64,000 nt of DNA. Source: Acidobacteriota bacterium (lineage in GTDB: Bacteria; Acidobacteriota; UBA6911; RPQK01; JAJDTT01). Below the pieces are notes generated by a model, which worked only from the letters and a program-made list of their open reading frames with translations, had not been told where the DNA came from and did not search any database. The stretch covers positions 4,601,762-4,665,761 of the forward strand of contig OZ246889.1 of assembly GCA_965231825.1 (NCBI GenBank). The letters run 5' to 3'. Shown here piece after piece: positions 28,941-39,995 of this stretch. Position numbers and translations under genes: made by a program. Each line of letters opens with the position of its first letter. Positions within the stretch are counted from its first letter, which is position 1.

Positions 28941-30686
28941 ATGATGGCAGAAAGTATTGTAGAAGTCATAATGAGAGGGAACAAGAACAGCGCGGTTTCC
29001 CGAGTAAACACTTATAGCGACCGGTTCACTGATCTTGAAACCGATAAGCTCCGGGGGGGGTACTACACTTCTCCTGAGGTGGCAGCTTGGCTATCGTCAT
29101 GGGCGATTCGTTCGACAACAGACCGGATACTTGAACCAAGCTGCGGTGACGGTGCCTTCCTAGATGCCGCTGCTACGCGGCTGGAAGCCCTTGGTCTTCA
29201 TGGTCCTGCCGGCGCCAATCAAGTTCAAGGCGTCGAAATCCTCGGTATCGAGGCAGCCAAAGCTAGGCAGCGTCTCAGAGCCCGGTACGGACCGCACGCC
29301 GATGGTGTGGTGAAAACTGGAGACTTTTTCACTTGGTGGGATCGCGCTGATCGACCGCTGTTCGATTCCGTGATCGGCAACCCGCCGTTCATTCGATATC
29401 AGAGCATTCCGGAACCCCATCGCGGCCGAGCGATGAAAATCATGAAGCGCCTCGGTCTCGTACCCAACCGCCTCACCAACATCTGGGCCCCGTTTGCCGC
29501 CGCCGCCGCCGCGAGCCTGAGGCCCGGCGGTCGGCTTGCCCTTGTATTGCCCGCCGAGCTACTCCAGGTTAGCTATGCTGCACAGCTCCGTTCTTTCCTG
29601 ACTAACCGCTTTGGTCGCATCGATCTGATTTCCTGCAACGAGCTGTTCTTCGCGAACGCGGAACAGGAAGTACTCTTGCTGCTTGCCGACGACGCCTGCG
29701 AGCGCCCCTCGCCCGATAACCCGTGCGAAGTTACCTTGACGGCAGCTGCGACCGTTGGCGATATTGTTGACCAGCCTTTCACCAAAGTGCTTCGCGATGC
29801 CTCTCCTAAGACGATCAAGCACGACAGTGAAAAATGGCTCAAATATTTCTTATCGAACGCAGAGATCGGCCTTATGCGCGCGCTGCGCTCATCCGATAAA
29901 ACGACCACGCTTAAGACCTTCGCCGACGTGAATGTTGGCATCGTGACGGGCAAGAACCAATTTTTCGTTCTTCGCCAGAGTGAGATCGATCACCTCGATA
30001 TTGCCGATCATACCATTCCGTTGGTGTCCCGCTCCATGCACCTTAAAGGCGCGAAGATCGGCACGGCCGATTGGCAACAACTGGCGAAAGCGGATGATCG
30101 TGTTCACCTCCTACATCTGGCGCCGACCAACGGCTCGAAACCGTCGGCGGCACTCAATCGCTACCTCAGGCAAGGTGAAGCGCTGAAGGTTCATCAGGGC
30201 TACAAATGTTCGATCCGTGCGCCTTGGTACGCCGTGCCGGCGGTCTGGCGCCCCGATGCGTTCGTGTTCCGCCAGATTTACGACTTCCCTCGCGTTGTTC
30301 TCAATAACACCGACGCCACGTCAACCGACACCATCCATCGAATGAAGTGTCATACTAACCCTCAGAAAATCGTTTCCAATACCTACACTTGTTTGACCGC
30401 CGCATCGGCCGAGATCGAGGGGCGGAGCTATGGTGGAGGCGTTCTAGCATTGGAGCCGACTGAGGCCACTAACCTCCTCATGCCGTCCAAACTCACTAAT
30501 GCACTTTCGGTTGAGGAATGTGACCGTCTCATTCGGCAAAATCGGCTGGCAGACGTGCTCATCGAGAACGACCGTTTGGTTCTTCGCGACCATTTGGGGC
30601 TTTCAGCCCAGGAATGCGCGCAGCTCAAGTCAATATGGGAAAAAATGCGCGATCGGCGTCTGTCCCGCCGCCGCCGGCCTGCATGA
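28941..30686 (+). CDS. N6-adenine DNA methyltransferase (M.Eco57I-like)
   Basis: KLRGGYYT, ILEPSCGDGAF, IGNPPF, GRSYGGGVL. Confidence 0.88.
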   Translation: MMAESIVEVIMRGNKNSAVSRVNTYSDRFTDLETDKLRGGYYTSPEVAAWLSSWAIRSTTDRILEPSCGDGAFLDAAATRLEALGLHGPAGANQVQGVEILGIEAAKARQRLRARYGPHADGVVKTGDFFTWWDRADRPLFDSVIGNPPFIRYQSIPEPHRGRAMKIMKRLGLVPNRLTNIWAPFAAAAAASLRPGGRLALVLPAELLQVSYAAQLRSFLTNRFGRIDLISCNELFFANAEQEVLLLLADDACERPSPDNPCEVTLTAAATVGDIVDQPFTKVLRDASPKTIKHDSEKWLKYFLSNAEIGLMRALRSSDKTTTLKTFADVNVGIVTGKNQFFVLRQSEIDHLDIADHTIPLVSRSMHLKGAKIGTADWQQLAKADDRVHLLHLAPTNGSKPSAALNRYLRQGEALKVHQGYKCSIRAPWYAVPAVWRPDAFVFRQIYDFPRVVLNNTDATSTDTIHRMKCHTNPQKIVSNTYTCLTAASAEIEGRSYGGGVLALEPTEATNLLMPSKLTNALSVEECDRLIRQNRLADVLIENDRLVLRDHLGLSAQECAQLKSIWEKMRDRRLSRRRRPA

Positions 30687-33600
30687 CCGATCCAGCGGCA
30701 AAGGCGGCTGCGCGTGCTCGGGTCGCCGAGTTGGTTGGCCTGTTCAAGCGCAATGAGGCCGACTATCTCCGTGCGGCCTACAACGAGACTCAGGCGCGCA
30801 CGGAGTTCATCACGCCACTGCTCCACGCCTTCGGCTGGGACGTCTACAACTCCAAGGGACATCAACTCGCGCTCCGCGAGGTGATCGAGGAGGCCACCGT
30901 GGAGGTCGGCGAAGAGAAGTCCCACAAAAAGCCCGACTACGAGCTAAGACTTGCTCGCCAGCGAAAGCTGTTCGTTGAGGCAAAGAAACCCAAAGTTCCC
31001 ATCGATATCGACTTGGCCGCGGCATTTCAGATTCGGCGCTACGGCTTCTCGGCCAGCCTTCCGATATCGGTGCTAACCAACTTCCGCCAGCTCGCGATCT
31101 ACGATTGCCAGACCGCGCCGAATGCCACCGAGCCCGCCAATGTGGCCCGACTACTTATCATCGCCTGCGAGGAGTTCGAGGCTCGATTCGACGAACTGTG
31201 GCCGATGCTCTCCCGAGAATCCGTCTATTCCGGAGAGTTCGATCGTCAGTTTGACGTCGCCGGAACCCGCCGAGGTGCCGAACAGTTTGACGATCTGTTC
31301 CTGAAACAGGTGCGCGACTGGCGTGAGCGTCTCGCGATCGACATTCATCGGAACAAGCCAGGCCTCACGTCTGGAGAGCTAACCTATGCGGTGCAACTCT
31401 TCCTGTCCCGGATCATTTTCCTTCGCATTTGCGAAGACCGTGAAATCGAGAAATACGAGACGCTGCGGAACCTGGGCGGTGGCGGCATCTTCGATGCGTT
31501 GATGACTGAACTGAGGCGTGCCGACGCCTTCTACGATAGTGGCCTGTTCCGGCTCATGGACGACGCCAGACTCGGCATTCGGATCAGCGACGCTACCCTT
31601 ACGGCAATCATCAACGAGCTATACTATCCGACCAGCCCCTACACTTTCGCTGTTGTTGAGCCGGAGGTTCTCGGCGAAATCTACGAATTGTTCCTTGGTG
31701 ACGTTATAGCCATTGAGGCTGGCCACGTTAAAATCATCAGAAAACCCGAGGTTCGCGAAAGCGGTGGCGTCATCCCGACACCCCGCTATATCGCCGACAC
31801 CATCACTGAACGTACACTTCTCCCTCTACTCGCTGGCAAGAGTCCTGCCGAATTACAAGAATTCAGGGTCGCCGACATCTGTTGCGGCTCAGGCACCTTC
31901 CTGCTCGCAGCTTATGAGGTGCTGTGCGACCACTATCTGAACTGGTATCTCGACCACGACCGTGAAACCCATATCGGTCACCGGATTTACAAGGTAGTCG
32001 CCAACCAATGGCGGCTCACCTTCAACGAGAAGCGCTACATTCTGATTGCCCACCTTCGGGGTGTCGATATTGACCCGAATGCCGTCGAGATCACGCAGTT
32101 CAGTGTGCTCTTGAAGCTGATCGAGAACGAAACAGCCGAGGCCCTAAAGAACCACGTCGATCGCACTCATACGGCGGCCCTTCCATCACTAGATGATGCC
32201 ATCCGCTGCGGCAACAGCTTGGTCAGTCTCCCGGAATGGCGCTCCGCCTGTGGCGCCGATCGGATTGACGACCAGATTAATCCGTTCAATTGGCAGACCG
32301 AGTTTCCCCGTGAGATCGCAACCGGCGGTTTCGATGCGATTATCGGTAATCCACCCTACATCCGCATCCAGAATATGGCAAAATATTCGCCCGCAGAGGC
32401 TACCTTCTATCGGCAGGCTGCCTCGCCCTATTCGACGGCCGCGCGGGACAATTTCGACAAGTACGCTATCTTCATAGAGCGCTCGATTTGCCTAGTGAAG
32501 CCGTTGGGCCGCGTCGGCATGATTGTTCCGCACAAGTTCATGACCATCCAGGCGGGCCGCTCCCTCCGCCGTTTGATTGCCGCCGACCGCCTACTTCGCG
32601 AGGTGGTGCATTTCGGCGTAAAGCAGGTGTTCGGTGCCGATGCCGCCAACTACACGTGTATTCTCATCCTGGAACGCTCGACGGCAGACGAAGTACGCCT
32701 GGAGCGACCGGGGTCGTTAGAGGCGTGGCGCTATGGCGAGGCAGGTTCCATCAACCTGATACCTGCTGCTGAACTCGGCGAAGACCCGTGGCAGTTCGCC
32801 AACGCCGAGACGCGCGCCCTGTTCGATCGGATCAGCGCGGCACACCCTCAACAGCTGGGCACGGTCGCGGAAATCTTCGTCGGCCTCCAGACCAGCGCCA
32901 ATGATGTCTACATATTCCAAGCTGTTGCCGTAGACGGGACAACCTGCACGCTTCGCTGGAACGATCGCGATTGGTCGATCGAACGCGAGATTCTCCACCC
33001 AAGCCTACTCAAAGTGTCTCTCGTCCAATTCGCTCGACCGCAGCCAAACACCTGGATTATTTTTCCCTACGAATTGATACCAAACGCCACAGGCAGGGTG
33101 ACGGCTCATCTGATCCAACCCGCCGATATGGCCGCGCGGTTTCCCGGCTGTTGGACCTACCTCAATGCTCGGAGGCAAGAACTGAATGAACGTAACATTC
33201 AAGGCGGCCGCGTTGCCGAACGCCAATGGTATCAGTACGGTCGCTCGCAGAGCCTCACCAAATTCGACCGTGACAAGATCATCCTACCGATCCTCTCCGT
33301 CGAACCGCGCTATGCTTATGACGACCGGGGCATCCTTGTTACTGGTGGCGGCAATGGACCTTACTACATGATCCGGCGGCGTCCCAACGCGGACTTTTCG
33401 AACCACTACCTACTGGCGGTTTTAAACCATCCGCTCAGCGAAGCCTTTGTGAGGACCAATACGAGTCCGTTCCGTGGTGGCTACTACTCTCACGGCAAGC
33501 AATTCATCCAAACGTTGCCCATCCCCTTCCCCGACAATGCAGCGCGGCGTGAGATCGAGGCGCTGGTCATGGCGTTGATCGAAAAGCGTGACGGCCTCGG

Positions 33601-33745
33601 GTTCGATCGATCACCGCGTGACAGGATCCGCCTCGGTCGGGAATCCGCTGATCTCGCACAACAAATCGAGCAGCGCGTCAGCCAAGTATTCGGCCTTGTT
33701 CCCGAGGATCAAGCCATCATCGATGCAGTGCTGGTTCCAGACTGA
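30683..33745 (+). CDS. Type IIG restriction endonuclease-methyltransferase (Eco57I/BpmI-like)
   Basis: KPDY..FVEAKK nuclease, DICCGSGTFL, GNPPY, TaqI_C-like TRD; ATGA overlap with upstream MTase. Confidence 0.9.
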   Translation: MTDPAAKAAARARVAELVGLFKRNEADYLRAAYNETQARTEFITPLLHAFGWDVYNSKGHQLALREVIEEATVEVGEEKSHKKPDYELRLARQRKLFVEAKKPKVPIDIDLAAAFQIRRYGFSASLPISVLTNFRQLAIYDCQTAPNATEPANVARLLIIACEEFEARFDELWPMLSRESVYSGEFDRQFDVAGTRRGAEQFDDLFLKQVRDWRERLAIDIHRNKPGLTSGELTYAVQLFLSRIIFLRICEDREIEKYETLRNLGGGGIFDALMTELRRADAFYDSGLFRLMDDARLGIRISDATLTAIINELYYPTSPYTFAVVEPEVLGEIYELFLGDVIAIEAGHVKIIRKPEVRESGGVIPTPRYIADTITERTLLPLLAGKSPAELQEFRVADICCGSGTFLLAAYEVLCDHYLNWYLDHDRETHIGHRIYKVVANQWRLTFNEKRYILIAHLRGVDIDPNAVEITQFSVLLKLIENETAEALKNHVDRTHTAALPSLDDAIRCGNSLVSLPEWRSACGADRIDDQINPFNWQTEFPREIATGGFDAIIGNPPYIRIQNMAKYSPAEATFYRQAASPYSTAARDNFDKYAIFIERSICLVKPLGRVGMIVPHKFMTIQAGRSLRRLIAADRLLREVVHFGVKQVFGADAANYTCILILERSTADEVRLERPGSLEAWRYGEAGSINLIPAAELGEDPWQFANAETRALFDRISAAHPQQLGTVAEIFVGLQTSANDVYIFQAVAVDGTTCTLRWNDRDWSIEREILHPSLLKVSLVQFARPQPNTWIIFPYELIPNATGRVTAHLIQPADMAARFPGCWTYLNARRQELNERNIQGGRVAERQWYQYGRSQSLTKFDRDKIILPILSVEPRYAYDDRGILVTGGGNGPYYMIRRRPNADFSNHYLLAVLNHPLSEAFVRTNTSPFRGGYYSHGKQFIQTLPIPFPDNAARREIEALVMALIEKRDGLGFDRSPRDRIRLGRESADLAQQIEQRVSQVFGLVPEDQAIIDAVLVPD

Positions 33746-33789
33746 TCCCAAAACCGGCAGCCGTCCGACACGACTCGACGAACCAATCC

Positions 33790-34022
33790 AAGGTTTAATG
33801 CTGCAGCAACGGATTTCGAGGATGTCATGATGCGGCTTGACCTCTGAAACATCGCCATCGCCACGAATTGGCCCCAGCGAGTCATTCTGCGCTGCTTCGC
33901 GCCCCTGTGGTGCGCTCTCGCGTCCCTCTCGAATTCCTGTCTCGATACCAGCTTGACGAATGGCCCGAGTCCGATATTCTTGTGAGCCAGGGCTTGGATC
34001 TCCTTTGACTTGTCGGATTTAG
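33790..34022 (-). pseudogene. IS4-family (DUF4372) transposase N-terminal remnant; its left end lies at 40845-40913
   Basis: AHKN...KLVSRQEFE..A..HH.G...R..TRWGQFVAMAM.Q; AAGGAG RBS; probable terminus CATTGTTGTCCCACAAAG at 40913. Confidence 0.6.
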
Positions 34023-34025
34023 CCG

Positions 34026-35635
34026 TGGAGTTGACCCGCTTTCGTGGACACATCCAAAGTAAGGGGAAGGAGGGATCCACGATGGCAAGAAAGGGTCGAC
34101 GGTACCCGCCGGAGTTCCGGCGGGAGATCGTGGGGCTGGTGCGCTCAGGGCGTTCGCCGGAGGCATTGGCCGAGGAGTTCGAACCCTCGGCATCGGCGAT
34201 CCGGAAGTGGGTCAAGCAAGCCGATCTGGATGAGGGGCGCCGCAACGACGGATTGACGACATTTGAGCGCCAGGAGCTGCGCCAGGCGAAGCGGGAGATC
34301 AAGCGGCTGCGGATGGAGCGGGACATCCTAAAAAAAGCCGCGGCTTGGTTCGCCCGGGAGAGCGGCTCGATCCCCGGCAAGGATTCGAGTTCGTGAAGGC
34401 GCACCGAGCCCGGTTTCCGATTCGGGTGATGTGCCGTGTTCTGGGTCTCTCCCCCAGCGGGTACTACGCCTGGTTGAAGCGCCCACCCTCGAAGCGCGCC
34501 CGTCGCGACGAGGCGCTTCGGAAAACGATCGTGCGGATCTGGAACGAGAACCGGAGAGTTTATGGTCGGCCTCGCCTGCATGCTGAGTTGAGAGCTCGAG
34601 GCGAACGGACGAGCCCGAAGCGTGTGGGTCGATTGATGCAGGAAGCCGGGATCCAGGGGGTGAGCCGGAGGCAGCGGAAAGCCGGGCTTACCCGGAGGGA
34701 CCGGAAGGCGCGTCCGGCACCGGACCTGGTGAACCGGAACTTCGCGGCCGAGGGACCGGATCAGCTCTGGGTCGCGGACCTCACCTATGTCCGCACGAAG
34801 GCGGGCTGGTTGTATGTGGCCGTGGTTCTGGATGCTTGGAGCCGCTTGGTCGTGGGCTGGGCCATGGAGACGCATCTGCGCTCCGAACTCGTCGAGAAGG
34901 CGCTCGCCATGGCGGTGATCCGGCGCCAGCCGAAGCAGGTGATCCACCACTCGGACCAAGGGACGCAGTACACCTGCACTGCCTTCGGGAAGCGATGCCG
35001 GGAGGCTGGAGTGCGACCCTCGATGGGATCGGTGGGGGACGCTTACGATAACGCGATGTGCGAGAGTTTCTTCGCGACGCTGGAGTGCGAGTTGCTGGAC
35101 CGTCACCGATTCCGGAACCCGGGTGAGGCGAGGCGGGCCGTCTTTGACTTCATTGAGGGATTCTACAACCGGCAACGCCGGCATTCGGCGCTGGGTTACG
35201 AGTCGCCGGCCCACTACGAGCAGCAGGCGGCATAGGACCCACGCCGGCTTCGAGCAGCCCGACCACGAAGCCAGCACCACCACCGTCGCACCCAGCGCCG
35301 CGCGCGACACGCTTGAAGGGGGCAGGGGGGCTCTACCCCCCTGAGACCCCCCGGATGCAAAGAGACATAAATAAACTCTTAAATCCCTGGAAAGAGAGAC
35401 CGAGGCCCCCTCGTTAAGCGGTATCCCATTGTGGAAAATCAGAGATTTCCCACAACGTGAGCCCTTTTGCTGACACGTCCACCAGTCGCCCCCACACGGA
35501 AAGAAAGAGCGTTCTGTCAGTGGCCATTGACCTTCGTCGAGAGGAAGTCTTGCTCCCCACCGACAGAAGGGGTATTAAACTTACGAGCAACGTAGACCGC
35601 ACCAACAAACCGTCCACGAAATCGGGACACCCTCA
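34026..35635 (+). mobile_element. IS3-family element, copy 2
   Basis: Nearly identical to copy 1; CCG target duplication. Confidence 0.95.
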
Positions 35636-36787
35636 CCGCAATTTCTCAACACGGACGCGACTATCGTTTTTGTAACAGCATTTCAGTGGTTTTTTGTCCA
35701 CATGAATTCGAGGATCGCGCTGCGGGATCGAATGCGGTGACGAAAGGCGAAATCCAGGGCCATTTGACCTCCCATCGGCACTCATGAGCGATGTTTCTCC
35801 CCCAAGAGCCGACTCCAGGGCAGAGTCCGTCCTACGAACTCCCAATCGGGTGGCTTGCGGAGGGCTGATTTTCGCTAACAGCGAAGCGGGAGGGCTTGCA
35901 CTTGCGCCAGAGCCGTCCTCAACAACGCCGCATGGGGATAGCTCTCGGAAAACGACAGCCAGACCTTGCGCGTCGTGACCCGGACCTGGGCTCCGATCTT
36001 CAGCAATCTCACCCGCAGGGTCCAGCTCTGCGCCCGCGCCCACTTCGTCCCCGCCAGCCCCACCCGCCGCAACGTCTCCAGCATCAGGTAGCCGAACGCC
36101 GAGAAGTACAAACGCAGTTGATTCGCCGCCAGCTTCCGGGTCGACGTGCGGTCCGCAAACAGACCCAGCTGCTGTTCCTTGATCCGGTTCTCCATGTCTC
36201 CCCGCGCGCAGTAGATCTCCTCGTACAATCGTCGCCCGTCGCATTCTTGGACCGGAACTGAAGTCACGATGTACCGCGGGTTCTCGCCCCGGGGCAGGTG
36301 TTCCACCTTCGCCACCACCCGGCGCTCGCACGACCAGGTCTCCAGCGTCTGGTAGCACAGTTCCTGAAACTGCCTCGCCGCCTTCCCGGTCTCCCGCTGC
36401 AACTGCCGGACCACTTCCATCCGGTTCTCGATCCGGCGCTTCAGCCGTGGATTCTTCGCCAATCCCAGGACGTAATCGACCCCTTCCTCCTCGCACCAGA
36501 CCATCACCTCGTCGTTGGAGAATCCACTGTCCCCTCGAACCGTGATCCGCACCTGGGGCCAAGCCTCTCTGAGCCGCCTCACGATCCTTTCCAACTCGGT
36601 CACTACCCCGTGGGCCGGGCCTCGATCCGACGTGCGCAGCCGTGCACACAACAGATGCTCCCCACAGAAGACGTAAAGCGGGAGGTATTATGTTGCGGAC
36701 CTGATTATGTTGCGAACCAGATCCAAGTGCTTGAGAACATGGCGATTGGACTCTTGGATGCCAACATAACGCGGGCTACCCGGGAGA

Positions 36788-37801
36788 TTACAGGGAATCC
36801 AGAAACGCCATCAGTGTCGAGTCGCTGTGCCAAGTGGGAGTGGCGGATGGTGACAAGTCTGGCACGTTGTCCGCACAGGTTTCGAGGGCCTTCGCCTTCC
36901 GGTCCAGATCGACTTCAGCGTATCGGTTCGTCGTCTCGAGGGAGACATGACCCAGCCACGCGCGGATGGTATTGATGTCGACCCCGGCGCGGAGCAGGTG
37001 CACGGCGGTGGTGTGCCGCAGAGTGTGGGGGCTCACTCGCTTGGCGAGCAGGGACGGGGTGGTGAGCGCCGCTACCTGGGCGGTGCGCTTGACGAGCGCG
37101 TAGACACCGTGGCGGGTGAGGGGGCGGCCTTGCTTGCTGAGAAACACCGGGGCCTCGTGGGAGTTGTCGAGGCGTGCACCGAGCAGGTCGCGCAAGGTGT
37201 CCGCGGTGCGTGTCCAGAGCGGACAGACGCGCTGCTTGCGGCCCTTGCCGATGAAGCGCGCCGCGAGGGTCGCCGCGAGGTTGAGATCCGCGACCCGCAA
37301 GCCGGCTGCCTCGCTGGCCCGGGCCCCTGTGTTGTACAGCAGGAGCAGAAGAGCGTAGTCCCGGCGGCCCTGCAAGCGACGGCGATCCGGCACGGCGAGG
37401 AGGGCCTCGACCTCGGCCTTTTCCAAATAGGGGACGACGGGAAGCGCGGCGCGGCAGGGCGGAATGGCTTGGATCTGCGCGGCGTGGTCCACCAGTTCCG
37501 GCACGAGCCGTCCGGTGAAGCGGAACAGCGAGCGCAGGGCCGTGAGGCGCTGGTTGCGGGTGGCCGCGGAGCTTTTGCGGCGGTCTTTGAGATGGCGCAG
37601 GAACTCGCGTAGCAGGGTCGCGTCGACCTGCTCGACAGTCACGCGGGTCGGGTCGGTCCCGTGCCGCTCGGCGAGGAAGCGGAAGAGCAGTCGGATCGTG
37701 TCGCGGTAGCTCTTATGCGTGTTCGGGCTGAGACCCCGTTCGGCAACTTCCTCGACCAGGAAGCGGCGGACGAACGGGCCGATCGGGTGTGTGGGATTCA
37801 T
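36788..37801 (-). CDS. Tyrosine recombinase, RIT gene C
   Basis: LYNTGARASE, GKGRKQR, HTLRH, WLGH, Y. Confidence 0.92.
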   Translation of the reverse strand: MNPTHPIGPFVRRFLVEEVAERGLSPNTHKSYRDTIRLLFRFLAERHGTDPTRVTVEQVDATLLREFLRHLKDRRKSSAATRNQRLTALRSLFRFTGRLVPELVDHAAQIQAIPPCRAALPVVPYLEKAEVEALLAVPDRRRLQGRRDYALLLLLYNTGARASEAAGLRVADLNLAATLAARFIGKGRKQRVCPLWTRTADTLRDLLGARLDNSHEAPVFLSKQGRPLTRHGVYALVKRTAQVAALTTPSLLAKRVSPHTLRHTTAVHLLRAGVDINTIRAWLGHVSLETTNRYAEVDLDRKAKALETCADNVPDLSPSATPTWHSDSTLMAFLDSL

Positions 37802-38748
37802 TGTGGGTCTCCAGGCCCGCCGAGCGCGGCGTAGCGCTGGAAGCGCAACGAAGCCTCGGCCAGCAGTTCGGGGGTCATGGTGAGATAGGCCTGCGTGCTG
37901 GCCAGGCCGGCATGGCCGAGGTAGGTCGCCAGCCAGGGGAGGCGGGCTTGCACGTCCACGCCTTCGCGGTACCAGGCGACGAGGCGGTGAACGGCGAAGG
38001 TGTGCCGCAGATCGTGGAGGCGCGGCTGCCAGCGAGCGTCCGGCGGGTGGACGATGCCGACGTCCTCCCGGAGTCGGACGAACGCGCGGTGGAGCTGGGC
38101 ATACGAGAGCGCGCCTCCGTCCCCGGACGGGAATAGGGACGAGCGGTCACCTTCGTTGCGGGGCAGGTGCAGGCGGGCCTGCCGGTAGGCCCGGAGCGCC
38201 TCGCCCAGGGAGGTTCCGAACGGCACGAGGCGGGACTTGGAGAACTTCGTGTTCCAGATCGTCAGGACACGGCCCGCAAGATCCGTGTCGCACAGACGCA
38301 GCCGCAAGCCCTCGCCCGGTCGCAAGCCGGCCGCGTAGAGCAGCAGCAGTAGCGTGCGGAAAGTCTCTGGACGCAACGGGCGGCGGTGGTCCGCGAGGAT
38401 CTCCGTGGCATCCAGCAGCTGCTGGAGCTCCGCCCGCGAGTAGATGTGGGGCTGGAACGCGCCACGGATGCGCGGCGCCGGGTCCGGCAGAGGAGACCGA
38501 GCCAAGTGGCCGCGGGCCACCAAGTGTCGGAAGAAGCCTTGGAGCACGCGGTGCTTGGCCGGCCACCAGCGGGTGGGCGGGCCGGAGCCGCGGCAGAAGT
38601 CGCGGGCGGTGCTGGCGTCGATCGCTTGGACAGCAATGTCTCCTGCGGCGCGCGCGAACGATTGCAAGATGCGCAACTCGGAGTCGTAGACCGCCCCGAG
38701 CGCGCGCTTGAGGGTGACATAGGAGTAGACCGCTGCGGGAAGCTTCAT
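37798..38748 (-). CDS. Tyrosine recombinase, RIT gene B
   Basis: Start MKLPAAV; GLRPGE, TKFSKSR, HDLRH, YLGH. Confidence 0.9.
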   Translation of the reverse strand: MKLPAAVYSYVTLKRALGAVYDSELRILQSFARAAGDIAVQAIDASTARDFCRGSGPPTRWWPAKHRVLQGFFRHLVARGHLARSPLPDPAPRIRGAFQPHIYSRAELQQLLDATEILADHRRPLRPETFRTLLLLLYAAGLRPGEGLRLRLCDTDLAGRVLTIWNTKFSKSRLVPFGTSLGEALRAYRQARLHLPRNEGDRSSLFPSGDGGALSYAQLHRAFVRLREDVGIVHPPDARWQPRLHDLRHTFAVHRLVAWYREGVDVQARLPWLATYLGHAGLASTQAYLTMTPELLAEASLRFQRYAALGGPGDPQ

Positions 38749-39995
38749 GCGAGTCCCACCAGGTCTTCGAGTGCGACCAGGCGTAGCGACCGCAGGGCGA
38801 CCTTCGCATACGTGCGGGTGCTCTCGGGGCTGCGGTGGCCGAGATGGTCCCCCACTTCCTTGAAGCTGTGTCCGGCCTCGACGAGGTGACGCGCGCAAGC
38901 ATGTCGCAGACCCTGCGGGCCACGGCCTTTGCAACGGGCGGCCGACGCCGGCAGATACCTCTCGACTACTTGGTAAAGCCCGCTCGCGGACAGCGGCGCG
39001 TACGGTGCCCGCAAGCCGAGGAACACGGTCCTGCGAGCCGTCCTGGGCCGGGCTTGCAACAGGTAGCGGGCGATAGCCTCGCCGACCTGCGGATGCAGCG
39101 GGGCCGCGTCCTGCCCTCCGCCCTTGGACCGCTCGAAGCGGATCCGGTCCGCGGCCCAGTCCAGGTCGTCGAGGCGCAGCCGCCGGGCCTCGCCCGAGCG
39201 TACGCCATACACGGTGAGCAGCAGCAGGATCGCACGGTCCCGAATCGACCGCGGATCGTCGCCCACGGTGGAGGCGAGCATGAGACCGACGGCTTCCCAG
39301 GTCGGGCCCAGCGGCAGCCCCTCGTGGCGGTACAGACGTGGCCGCAAGACGGCGCCCGCCAAGCCGGCACGCATCCAGCCGCGCTGCCCACCGTACTCGA
39401 ACCACCTGCGCAGCGACGTGACGGTGATGGCCAGGGAGCGCTTGCTCCAGCGCTGCCCCATGCGTCGGAAATAACTGTCGATATCGTCCGCGGAGACGGC
39501 GCTCAGAGCGACTCCGCGCCGGTGCAAATCGTCGAGAAAGCGCTCGATCTGCCAGCGCCCGGTCCGGCAAGTCGCCTCCGACCGCCACTGCAGTTGGCGC
39601 TGGGCCCTGATGAACTCATCAAGCTTGCCGGAGTGCTCGCCGAGCGTGCGGGCCGGAGCCGGAAGCAGCCGCCCGAGACTGTCCAGGAACCCGGTCGCCA
39701 CTCGATTGAAATACCACTGCGGATAGCGGGGGCCGGACGCCTTCCCGGACGCGGTGCGCTCGATGGCCCATTGTGCGGCCCATCCCGCGACCTCCTCACG
39801 CGTGAAGCAGCGCTGGGGAGGCCAGTGGCGCAGCATGCGAGCGACACGTAAGCAGTACGCCGCGTGGTACACGAGCGTCCCGCGCGCCCGCCCCGTTGAC
39901 GCCAGCTGGCTCAGGTATGCCGCCCGCTCCTGTGCGAGAGGGCCGCTGCGATGTCGGCTCAGAGCAGCCGGACTGGTAAACAATGTCTCAAACAT
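38745..39995 (-). CDS. Tyrosine recombinase, RIT gene A
   Basis: YGVRSGE, LRHACA, HLGH..ST..YAK. Confidence 0.9.
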   Translation of the reverse strand: MFETLFTSPAALSRHRSGPLAQERAAYLSQLASTGRARGTLVYHAAYCLRVARMLRHWPPQRCFTREEVAGWAAQWAIERTASGKASGPRYPQWYFNRVATGFLDSLGRLLPAPARTLGEHSGKLDEFIRAQRQLQWRSEATCRTGRWQIERFLDDLHRRGVALSAVSADDIDSYFRRMGQRWSKRSLAITVTSLRRWFEYGGQRGWMRAGLAGAVLRPRLYRHEGLPLGPTWEAVGLMLASTVGDDPRSIRDRAILLLLTVYGVRSGEARRLRLDDLDWAADRIRFERSKGGGQDAAPLHPQVGEAIARYLLQARPRTARRTVFLGLRAPYAPLSASGLYQVVERYLPASAARCKGRGPQGLRHACARHLVEAGHSFKEVGDHLGHRSPESTRTYAKVALRSLRLVALEDLVGLA

